NCBI GenBank assembly: GCA_002633005.1
Contig: NMRA01000008.1
Location: 564,985 to 628,984 of the forward strand
Reading direction: 5' to 3'
Length of the DNA stretch: 64,000 nucleotides
From: Phoronis australis
Lineage: Eukaryota > Animalia > Phoronida
Position numbers and translations under genes: made by a program. The notes beneath the pieces are model-generated. The model worked only from the letters and a program-made list of their open reading frames with translations. It did not search any database and was not told the DNA's origin. Position 1 is the first letter of the stretch, and every line of letters starts with the position of its first letter. This document shows, piece after piece, positions 53,901 through 64,000 of this stretch.

Positions 53901-56159
53901 ACCAAACATGGGCGTTAACCCGAACGATTACGGTAGTATTAAATTTTGACCCTGAGAAAAGTGACCCACGGGCCATTTTTTAACTGCTGAAAAATGACAC
54001 CCAGGTCCGATTTTTCATAAGCTCAAAACTATACTTGTAGAATTTTCAAAATGTAAGTATATCTAAGTACGGTAGGTACATCAGTAAGGAAAAGTACTCC
54101 AATTTCTGTCATTTCCAAAAGCAGTGGACTTAGATTAAACTTAATTTAAACCTGAACATGCCTTGAAGTTCTTCGTTACAAAACAATTTTCACCACGGCA
54201 GCCTTTTAAGCTGTTTGTCACACTGTTAGCTGGCTCAAAAGCGAAACATATCTCACTGAAAACTCCTAACACGTAGCGTATGATAGATTGTCGAAACATT
54301 GGCTACAGATCGTTGTTCAGCGTCTAACTTATGTCTATGCAAACAAATAATTAACTTTTGTTACTTAACTTAGCCCTTCAATGTCACTTAAACCATGGTA
54401 GGTTTGGCGCGATTACTTTTCTTTTTCACAGCTCTTTTGATATTTGAGAGATGGGAAAGGCAAATCAAAGGCGCAGACTATAGTCAATGCAAAATTGCCC
54501 ATAATTATCTCAGTCCAAGTACTGTGTTGATGAACATGTGTCATGAATGCTTCATATGGCAACAATTCCACATTGAATTTTTTAAAGGTAACTATTATTT
54601 TGCTTCAAAATTTCTTTTACAAATAATACTCCTACAACACGATGGCTCATTAGATACTCACACAAAAGTAATTAATTGAAGGTGAAAATGCAAACTTCAT
54701 GCAAGAATCAGTCAATTCAGAACGGACATTTTCAATGCATTGACCTCAACGGACTCAACACTATCTCTGTCTCGCTCACAGTGGTGTACCTAAGACTGTT
54801 GTTACCCATAGTCGCAAGCTCCAATACTAGAGTTGGAATTCTATTCCTCCGCAGTTCTGTTTTGAATCTGATCATTTCTTCAGGGAATCAGAAAAACTGA
54901 AGCACCTTTGGGTTTGTTTTGATTGATGCAATGCTCTCGTCAAACACAAAGTTAAACAAGGATAAAGTAATAAACAATACTGAGGGTAATAATAGGATAG
55001 GTGGGTCCATGACACAAGCGCCAGTTATTCAGTGGGAACAGCTGGTTCATCGGTCACTTTTAAATCCTGGTAATTGTTTACAATATGACGACACTGACTT
55101 ACACAAATGATTTTGGTATCGTTCAATTCCTCTCAACGTTATCTTTCCAAAAATATATCAATGTTTCCCCTACCGCGATTCCTCCGTATTTTATTGTCGA
55201 ATTTCGGGTCGCACTATTTCCCGATTGACACCGCCATGTTAGCTCAAATCAAGATTACAGCGACACCTGCTGTTAATGAATGAAACAGCATCATTGATTC
55301 TGAATGGTGTTTGCCCGCGCGAGATTCCCGCTAGTTTTCCCGACATAATATAGAGGAACAAGTAGCAGCATTTCACCTTTCCAGTTTTTTTATTATTGTG
55401 ACCATTTGACCATTTTTTCATGAAAATTGTGTGAAGTGAAACCCTCGTGACCTCAAAAACAACCTCCGCTTTTTCGCGGATTCTTGCTAGCAGATGCGTA
55501 CCAGGGTCACCATAGGATCGAATTCGAACCCTTGGGACCGTAACTCAAGCAGGAGATAGACGGGTTTCGGTCAATTTGAACTTATGAAAAGCGACAATCT
55601 GCAGAAGGCGGTAGATTAGTTCAGTTTTTGACCGCCAGGTGACTCCTTCCATTCAACATGGCGGTGTTACTTAAACCGAGTACCGGGAAATAGTCCGAGC
55701 TGAAATTTCACGATAAAATACTAAGGGAGCAGGGTAGAAAAAAAGTCGATGTATTTTTAGAAAGATAACGTTGCAAGGAATCGAAAAATACCAAAATCAT
55801 TTGTGTAAGTCAATGTCGTCATATTGCAAACAATTACCAACCGAAATTTAATTTTTGTGATATAAGGCAGGTTTATAGTCACTTTGACATTAAACATTAA
55901 TAATTACTAATTTACTAATACTATTGATATTGATTTTACTGGCTGCTGGCAAAGCCGCTCTTCCACATTTGCAAGGCAGTTGGGACGAATCATTTAACTG
56001 ATTATAAATAATTAACGAGTATGATGTATCTGATACATCACCAAAAAATCAAAACGCATTTTTTAAAGATTAGTGTGGTGAACCAGACGATACCGAAAGG
56101 ATTAAAGATGAAAAACAAGCTGAAAAGGAGATTACCAAAGTTCGTAAGGAGGCCGCCAT
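41840..56159 (-). CDS. IDH3B: NAD-dependent isocitrate dehydrogenase subunit beta, mitochondrial; join(56136..56159,51489..51590,50637..50782,49541..49681,48805..48937,47707..47840,46057..46159,43806..43952,42333..42488,41840..41917), 387 aa
   Basis: Motifs [24 protein letters not shown] (REQTEG is beta-type), [66 protein letters not shown]. The ten exons sum to 1164 nt with consistent phases. Confidence 0.93.
42333..42488 (-). CDS. IDH3B: IDH3B exon 9
   Basis: [52 protein letters not shown]. Confidence 0.93.
43806..43952 (-). CDS. IDH3B: IDH3B exon 8 (not in ORF track)
   Basis: [49 protein letters not shown]; GTGAGT donor. Confidence 0.93.
44417..44607. repeat. 64-bp minisatellite x3
   Basis: TGTCTCAAATACTTTACAGTGAATG starts at 44417, 44481 and 44545. 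Confidence 0.92.
44716..44980. mobile_element. MITE of the AAAAGTATTCAGACAAAATGAC family
   Basis: The same end motif occurs at about 1809, 45159 and 50136; inverted right end TGACGGGAAAACGGTATT. Confidence 0.6.
45400..45645 (-). mobile_element. tRNA-derived SINE (3' end uncertain)
   Basis: Minus-strand head GGAGACTGGCTCAGTGGT...GACCCGGGCTCGAATCTTGG has Pol III A-box and B-box-like motifs, but I could not fold a complete cloverleaf. Confidence 0.6.
46057..46159 (-). CDS. IDH3B: IDH3B exon 7
   Basis: [34 protein letters not shown]. Confidence 0.93.
47707..47840 (-). CDS. IDH3B: IDH3B exon 6
   Basis: [45 protein letters not shown]. Confidence 0.93.
48805..48937 (-). CDS. IDH3B: IDH3B exon 5
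   Basis: [44 protein letters not shown]. Confidence 0.93.
49541..49681 (-). CDS. IDH3B: IDH3B exon 4 (not in ORF track)
   Basis: [29 protein letters not shown]...NVNMTFR; AG|GTAAGT donor. Confidence 0.88.
50136..50381. mobile_element. MITE TA-CAGTAC...GTACTG-TA (Tc1/mariner-like ends)
   Basis: TACAGTAC.TCAGACAAAAT at the left; ATTTTGTCTGA..GTACTGTA at the right. Confidence 0.7.
50637..50782 (-). CDS. IDH3B: IDH3B exon 3
   Basis: [33 protein letters not shown]; NAGNAG acceptor. Confidence 0.88.
51489..51590 (-). CDS. IDH3B: IDH3B exon 2 (transit peptide)
   Basis: Acceptor atttcag; [34 protein letters not shown] has no acidic residues and an R-x-F-x-S cleavage-like motif; GTGCGT donor. Confidence 0.7.
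52303..52578. repeat. 45-bp minisatellite x6 ending in TACGGTA
   Basis: GAAATGTAGGGCCGCTAACTCATTTCTGAGCCAAGTTGGATTATG units at 52303, 52348, 52393, 52438, 52483 and about 52529. Confidence 0.92.
52971..53420. mobile_element. MITE with TA ends
   Basis: TACCATGAGTTTCCGTAGATAAGCC / GGCTTATCTACAGAAAATCCCAGTA. Confidence 0.6.
53777..53933. mobile_element. 157-bp MITE CCGTA...TACGG with TA TSD (Tc1/mariner-pogo-like)
   Basis: TIR CCGTAATTGTTCGGGTTAACGCCC / GGGCGTTAACCCGAACGATTACGG; internal GGGCGGTTAA x4. Confidence 0.88.
56136..56159 (-). CDS. IDH3B: IDH3B exon 1 (MAASLRTL, start of transit peptide)
   Basis: AACATGGCG Kozak-like start, GTAAT donor, phase 0 matches the next exon. Inferred, short. 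Confidence 0.6.
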
Positions 56160-57909
56160 GTTGTTGTCAGACGTATCCGGTGAGTCCGAAAAATACAAAC
56201 GGAAATTAGTTGAATAGTTCTTAATCTTCAAAAAGCTAGTGTTCAAGGGTTTGGAAATGAAATAATTTACTCTCACCACACAGACCCTTCTAGTTCTAGT
56301 GATAACAGAAAGATTAACTACGTGAGTTTTGATTCCTTTGTGTACCACAGATGGCACCACAAGTAGACATCGGCATAATGGTTTCGTGCCTAAACGCTAG
56401 AGGGCAGGAGAGTTGGACAGCGGCACGCAGGGAACCAGCGAGGACAACCACCTCGCTGCCGCGAGAGCCAGCTGTTGACTATGCAACTCCCTAGACACTG
56501 ACAGTAAAAACGATGGCAAAAAAACTCGTCATGAACTCATACATATCCGATTGTTAGTCATGTTTTACGGAATTATCATGAAACAAATTTACGCTGTTGA
56601 CCCACTAAAGAGAATCAACTTACACTACAATATTTTGACATGGAACTTTTGTACCGGTGCCGAAAAACCAATGTAGCCGGCATTTGTTAGGCAATAGTGA
56701 AAACATTGTAGAATAAGCCGCTGTCAGCATTTTGGGAATCAGCTCATATATCATAGACCTGATGTATTGCCCTTCAGACTTACTGTACCCGATTTTAGCG
56801 AATAAGACGCCAAAATCAAAATAAGGGATTTTTTTAGCCTAGTTATACATCGAAAAAAATCGTCAGGCCCTTGCCCGCCGTCACATGTTCTTGCATTCTC
56901 AAACGTAACTGCGAAAATGTAGCAAATGCAGACATGAGGTTTTGGGGATTTGTGATCCGCGACTCACTCAGACCCTTATTCGATTTTTGAGGCGGTAACA
57001 TACTCAGCACGAAATTGTAATTTTAGTCGCCTTATTCGCCAAGCCAGGTCCATCTGCTATGGCTACAACTCTTACAACTGTTTGCAATATCTAAGATGTA
57101 ATATGGACCTTTTCGTATTCAATACGACGATGTCTTGGGCTCAACAGAGCAGTGTCGCAAATTACTGTGCATACAGCCGTAAAACAAACAAACAAACAAA
57201 CAAACAAAAACATGATTAGGCTACAATATGGGAATGTAACTTTTGAATTTGATTAGCCGTTTACGACGATGAGAGCTTTGCAAATTGCTGACCCCCTCCA
57301 AATAAGGGTTAGCCATGGGTAGGCACTTGAAACCCTGGTACTGCGGTCACATCGCCGTGGTCCCTGCGCCCAGTATCGATTTTGTTTTGCCCGCGATTTC
57401 CTGTTGTAATTCAGAGTAAGTCAGGCAACAGGCGTAAACCCATCATAATGTCATTTGCAACAAATGTATTGAACCAATGAAGAACTATAGGGGTAATGGC
57501 ACGTAGAAACGAACCGTTTGGCAAAACGAACATTTGACGATATGAACGTTTGCTGCACCTGGAAGACATTGTTCAAAAAGCGTCGTTTGCAACCACGATC
57601 TTGTCACCGTCGGAATGGCCCATCTTCAGAAATCATGCACGGGGTGTTTAAAAACACCTCACCATTACTTATGACGGGTTTTGTTTCGTCGTTTGGGCGA
57701 GGAACAGTGGCGGATTTAGGTTGTACTAAAGATGCATGTTGTCAGCGTTTTTAGCCATCTTATTTCCAGAAGGTCCTATGGAGAATGAACAAGTCTCCCA
57801 CTATAAGCTCGTAGATACCCTACTGTCGACAACCATCGTAAATTTCTAATAGAGTTAAACCTGAATTACTGAACTCTGTAAACATAGATTTTCTTCTTGT
57901 TACCCACCC

Positions 57910-57990
57910 TACCTGGCGCAACCACTCACTCGGGCCCACCGGTCTGAGTCAGACCCGGGTGGGCCCGAGTGAGTGGGATGAGCACAGGTA
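57910..57990. repeat. 81-bp GC-rich palindrome (mini-MITE), TA ends
   Basis: TACCTG..CCACTCACTCGGGCCCACC GGTCTGAGTCAGACC..GGTGGGCCCGAGTGAGTGG..CAGGTA. Confidence 0.85.
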
Positions 57991-60727
57991 CGTTCAACTT
58001 CACTGAATCAAAATTTGTCTCTTCTCTCGGTAGCCACCACAGTTATTCAGCCTAGCACATGGAAGTTATTAATGTTTCGTACCCCACTTTCTCATACCCT
58101 CCCTTGCCCCCGGCTGCAGACCCAGGCCTTTTCATCGTGGGAATCAACCATTTTCCCCATCCATATAGCCGGGCAAAATTATTGGGAGACAGTAACGCGC
58201 ACCAATAAGCCAGAAAGTTTTCCCATCGACGCTACAAAGTTGCATAACAGTAATCTTTCCTACTTAGGACACGAAATTGCCGACTAGAGAAATTGTGTTT
58301 CGTGAAATTAAGATTCAGAAATTTTTAGCCTGTGTACCTAGCATGATTTGTTCTGTGTACATGTCACAATTGGGCATTGACTTTTTACAGGGTTCCCAGT
58401 TCATAATTCACGATTTTCTAAATGATACTACACTTGTTGTTGTGAGGATATCAAACACTAGCAACATTGCTTCGAAATCTAAAAAAACAGAGTGAAGTGC
58501 GAAAGGCATTGAAGTGTCAACACTGCCCAGACCCGTAGAAAGGCAAAAATTATTGGGTGGGGGAGGGGGGCACAAACCATTTCGACTTCGCTAAACTACC
58601 CCCCCCCCCNTACCCCCCCCCCCTCTTCATCACCACCACCTCCGCCAACAACCCCCCGTCCCCGTGCTCCTGTTGTCACCATGATTTGTACTGAACCTCC
58701 CACGTCCGCCCTAGATGGGGGCAATCCGGGGGATGCAGCCGTTCGAGTGACCGTGTAACAACAAAGTATCAGCTAATTTTCGTAGATATATAAACATGTA
58801 AATCAGAAATCAACAATCGATTCCATGAGCAATGCGTTTACCTTTTACTCAATTTCGTTTTGATCTCCTATTTGTGAGTTTAAACGACAAATCTTGTACC
58901 TAAGTCGAAAAGTAATGCATTTGTTGCCATTTGAATTATGCGTATATATTTGGGAATTGTCCGAATTTCATCAATGTCTGAGAGTTATTTTAGATAGGCA
59001 AAAACCGTCTAAGTGTACTGGTTCCTAGGTGCACTTTACTATTTGGGGATCGGATTGTAGATTTTCCAATTTCAGGCTGCAACTAAATTCACTCATCAGT
59101 TCTTACAAGATTAGCTGCTAATTGTCAAAAATCATCTAAGTGTGAATCTATCAATTTTTGTAAATGTATAAACAAGTAAATCAGAAACCAACGAATTTGT
59201 TTATCAAAACGGAATGTTATAAGCAATTTCCGCAGGGCCGGCATGCTCGCAGATTTTTGACGGGTAACCGGGGGAAGATGGGAGATGGAGCATCCGTACT
59301 AAAGTGTATTTTTGCTCATTTCAGACGTACCTATAACGGTTCACGAGGTTAACTTGAACTCCACTGACAAAAGAAAAACGCTGATAAAATCTTTGTTTAT
59401 GATTGTGAGCGTTCTTTGAGTACCCCCGTTCGACATGTACAGGGCCATCACAAATAGTAGCCTCAACAGCAGTGTTTTCCAAACGTGGGAATTCCTTACA
59501 AACAACTCATAGTTACCATCTTCAAAAGAGATACTACTCTTGTGATACCATGGGAAACAATGACATTATTTCATAACTAACCATCGGAAATAGTCCTTTT
59601 GTGCAATTCACATAGTGGGCTTCACGTTCTTCAAAATCCCACCCTTTCGATGGCGGTCAATCCTAAAGTATTTTTTCACATTTTTGGTTGTTTAGATCAA
59701 ACGTCTTGATACTGCTGTGCTGTGCACGAATGTTTTGTGTTTTTTTGATGAAGTTGGAATCTCAATTTCCCTCATAAATACTTGGCAGTGTCGGAGTTAC
59801 ATGTATAGAGGGACAAAGGGACATTTTTCCCGAACTGCTCCACGGTTGCACGATTTCACAAAAAACAGGAAAATAGAGATAATCGATTCCTACATTGGAC
59901 CCTCTCTTCGTGAGCGGCCCCGTAAGAATTTGTCAATAAAAACACAAAAAGTTTGACCACTTGAATGTCATCAATGGCCTCCTTCAAGGGCGGGGAGCCT
60001 AAATATGAAAATAATCTATATTTTCAAAAATCAGGAAATGCGCAGCAATTGATGTTATCTGTTAGGTCATTAATTTTTCTCAAGTAATATACAATTTCGA
60101 GAAAAAAATAAAGCAACAGTTGTCTCCGTTATCTTTTACCAGACAGGGGCCTCTGGAAAATCATAGTTTTGCATTCGAAAAATTGACTTATTGAAATTAA
60201 AAGTCCAGTCAATTAAAACGCTAAGCAAAAGCTTCGCTTTACAAGTTTTCTCGATTTTCCGAAATATGTATATGAGTGATTACGTGCATGTTTTTAAGTG
60301 CGTTTAAACGACCCGGTGCTGGAAAAGCAGAGGCCCTAACGACAATGTCCTGGCCAGGGTCCTCATTCACTGATACAGAGTTGTTAAATGTTTTTTTGAA
60401 ATTTCTCTCTTATCCGTATTTCGCAGTCTTTTGTTTCTCGATTTTCCCCGGTCCCACACCTATGTCGATTGCCACGGTGTAACCCTGACGCATGAAATTT
60501 TTGGAGGGCACATAGCCCCCCCCCCNCGGCCCTCCGCTTCTTACGGCCTTGCTGCCAAAAACATGTTGTCTCTATCCAACGATTTGTTACGTAATCGTCT
60601 TGAGCTTATCAGCCACAGGCCTTGAGTTTTACAGCTCTGATCAAAACTAATTCACAAATCTCATCTAACAAAGATCCCCAAATCTTTTTCTCCGCCATAA
60701 CAATAATGGGACTAACTTTCGCACTAT

Positions 60728-60855
60728 TCTGCAAGTGCGTAATATACCGCAAAGTCTGCATAGTATTCTTCAAAATCTGCGTAATATTCCGCAAATCTGC
60801 GTAATATTGGGCAAAATCTGCAGAATATTCTGTAGTCAGTGCGGAATATTCCGCA
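60728..60855. repeat. Degenerate minisatellite of about 21-22 bp (AAATCTGCGTAATATTCCGC)
   Basis: Unit visible about six times. Confidence 0.7.
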
Positions 60856-61086
60856 TGGCAAAAATTGAACTGCTAATTAAGAAAATACTAACTGAGGAAA
60901 TAAAAAAGTAACATTGTAAACGTGTAACCTCTCGACATTTTCTCTGTTACACCTTCTTTTGCACACGTGGAACTGGATTTTAAGGGAACAACTCTATCCA
61001 AGTAGGAGCGATGATTATGCTATAGACCTTATGGTCTACCAAGTCATTTTGAAGTCAAGGCATTGTTTATTTCTTTTTTGCCTTTC

Positions 61087-61636
61087 ACACGAGGCAGTCA
61101 TTGAGACGGGTGTAAGGTGATACTCCGAAGGGCCAATAGTCCGATTTTCCAGATTATTGGCCTTTCGGATTGAATAAGTATGCATTTATGTTTCTAGCAT
61201 TTACACTGTTCTTTTATCAGTGAATGTTCATTAATCCGATAAACCGATAGTCCGAAGAGTTTTTGATCCGAAAGGCAGATATCCTAAAATACCGGTAGTC
61301 TATTTTCTAATTTTGTGTATCACTCTTGGTTTAAGTCCGATTGGTCATTGGTTCGACCGATCGTCCGAATCTGAAAGAAAGTGTACCATGGTTTTCAAAT
61401 TTCTTGATAAGATATAAAAATGAATAAAATTTTTGATTTATTATGGTATAGAAAATAGGCCGCCCCATTTCAAAGATAAAATATCCATTCGTTAACTAGT
61501 CACGCATTCTCATGCCGGAAACAGGAATTGAGCCGAAGAACATTTCGGCCTTTCGGACTATTGGCCATTCGGACTACTGCCTGCGGAGATTTTGTTTCGA
61601 ACTGTTGGTAATATCGGACTATCGAGTCGGCTTCCA
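61087..61636. mobile_element. Non-autonomous DNA element with reiterated (AGT)CCGA/TCGGA(CT) subterminal motifs
   Basis: GGCCAATAGTCCGA on the left is mirrored by TCGGACTATTGGCC on the right; boundaries approximate. Confidence 0.5.
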
Positions 61637-63651
61637 TTGAAAATCAGGTTTTGAACGCTCGTGAATTATTCGGCGTGACAGTGAGATTACATCATCAATT
61701 CTTGTTCAGGGCGCATTTATTTTTTATCGCTCGTTAAGAGCTTGAACCCTACGTATCTGAAGCAATGAGCTGCGACGGGACATGAATCCTTGACTCAACA
61801 GAAATAAAATGCAACCGCCATACATGGGGATTTAAACTTTTCGGATATACGAATACATTCATTACATTTGATTCTTGCAGGGATTGGTACAGGTTTGGTC
61901 AATTGACGTTAAAATATAGACTCGGAAGCGTATTTCAATGAACGTCTTTCCTCCATAGTACATGCAATTATGCCCTATTCACAACTATTTATTTATGCTT
62001 CAATATTTACGGTCTATAGAAGAATAACTCATAAGCAACGGTGCCTTGTCGCATTCCAGATTCCTTTCAAACTTTCGTGTACAAATATTTAAAGTGATCC
62101 TAATCAAACCGTAATTTTAAACACCGATTTTCTTTAATTATCGCTTGATTGTATACTGATTGTGCTATTATGCCAAACATTTTCATCTGACTGATAATAT
62201 CAAATGCATTATACTAATCAACAAAAAGCAAAGTATGGATTCTGTCGTGAAAGGTACCAAGGTTTATTCAACAATGTTCAGTGTGTTCATGTTTTGTTAT
62301 TATCCCAACTTCAATTCTGAACGTGTATTGTGAATTATAATTAACATGAAGTCGCTCGTAACTATTTGCCCAGTAACAGGTTATTTGAAAGATGATAACG
62401 ATTTCTAATCACGCCATTTTCATGCTTCATTGAACAATTCAAGAGCAATTGAATAATTGGTGACCAAACGAACAAAGGGATTAGGGATCAGTAATGAAAA
62501 AAACAAAGAAACAAATATCATTTCCACGATAACATTTTAATTAGGGTGTTGACGTATTTTAAACAAATCTATATAAAATAAGCTAACATTATTCCTGTTT
62601 TCATCGTTGTGCGATAAAAATCAAACCACGAGAATATGTGTAACTGTCTCGATGTTTTAGTATGCTTTGACAGGACACTGTCTTCAATTGTTGAGATATG
62701 ATTGCGAAAAGCAAGCGAATACTTAGCCATATTTTTTCTGTAAGCTATAGGGCTGATTGCCTAAGTCATGGGGAAATAAACATTCGACCAGGTGGATGTG
62801 CGTGCAAATGCTCTTTGATCCCAGCCTCGCTATTTGTTGCTTTACAATGGCTCCTGAGGTAAATAGCTCGACACTATCTGCACGTGTTTAATTTGTGGAA
62901 ATAGTCGCGCGTATTCAATCCAAAAAAGGAATATCTTGTACATTATCAAATCTGGAACATATAGCGAAGACTGAGTTTATCGACGTATTCATATCGAGTT
63001 TTTCGTTGCTCCTAGTTGTCTTCAAATTGCCATGCGCGTCTATGAAGCCATTAGCTAAATATCGAAGGATAGCTTCCTGCGAAACATTTTTAGATAAATA
63101 TTATGTCTATTGTGCCAGCTACAAACAAAAAGACGGTGCACGTTGATTATTTCCGTTGATAACTATTACCACGCTGAATTAATCAATATCAAGAGCTTTA
63201 AATTACAATAATTTGCATTTTATTTGTCACCACTTGCAGATATTTCCAATGAGATAACAGGCTTGAAATCATGAATTTGGGTACTACTTATAACAACTAG
63301 AACGAACACGTTGTGGATTTGTTAAAATATTTCAAACATTGAAAACTGTAGTCGACTATTGACAGTATTTTACTCTAAGCATAACAACTGTTCAAAAACC
63401 CGTAGTTAGTATGTGTCACTGATTTACTGAACTAGACGCAGCAGCAATCGTGCTCGAGTTGGCAACACGCACCATCGGTCACTTTTTGACAACCCCCTCC
63501 CCCGTGGTCTACTTTCCACAAACAAAGGTCTCATAGATCGAGGTTTGCACGAGGAAAAAAGCGCAGCTGTTACGTGAAAACGTAGCATTTTAGGTGACTC
63601 TTAAATACATTTTGACATTTATTATATTGCGGCTAATCGTGAGGTATACTT

Positions 63652-63700
63652 TTGTGTGCGTGTGTGTGTGCGCGTGTGTGTGCGTGTGTGTGTGTGTGCG
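63652..63700. repeat. (GT)n microsatellite, imperfect
   Basis: TGTGTGCGTGTGTGTG tract. Confidence 0.9.
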
Positions 63701-64000
63701 GGTGTTTATAAGGGGTGGAAGCGGGGGGGGCTCAAGATACTTTAGATCCCACTGATATTCCATAATTTTATACTCAAAAGTCGAGACAGCTGACACTGAG
63801 AAACATAATGATACCTCATATGACTGCATGGTTGAAGTTTCCTTTAGTTTATTAGTATACACGGGCAAATTTGTCAGTAGGAAGCGCCACCACTATGTTA
63901 GTGATGTACCTTGAAAATTAACCCGGCACAATGCAGGAGACGTGGTAGAAAACGACTATGTCTTTTAGCGATAGGATCAGGCTAACCTGCCAGCGTTTAG

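Noticed and set aside
55658-55693. Divergent gene start on plus strand (as in the human IDH3G/SSR4 pair)
   Set aside because: The ATG is followed by a stop after 11 codons, lies inside IDH3B intron 1, and I found no SSR4-like exons downstream. The gene here is beta-type, not gamma.

Overview
This is AT-rich eukaryotic (bilaterian invertebrate-like) genomic DNA with three intron-containing genes, all on the minus strand. (1) The 5' part of a PDZD7/whirlin-family Usher-complex scaffold gene: N-terminal harmonin-homology domain, PDZ1 and PDZ2 in five coding exons at 118..9395, running off the left edge. (2) A complete two-exon Egr zinc-finger immediate-early gene (26202..28752, 553 aa). Its promoter reads clearly as an SRF/ETS/CREB module, and its intron holds a perfect EGR site. 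(3) A complete ten-exon IDH3B gene (41840..56159, 387 aa), built by hand from GT-AG boundaries with consistent phases. Intergenic and intronic DNA is full of short non-autonomous DNA transposons (several MITE families, some with recognisable TSDs). It also has a tRNA-derived SINE, a decayed LINE-like ORF2 relic, minisatellites and one long near-perfect hairpin. Several apparent tandem duplications meet at single N bases and look like assembly or haplotype artefacts. I found no prokaryotic-type system and no clearly new gene family. The most notable observations are regulatory and architectural. All calls were made by eye, with no database search.
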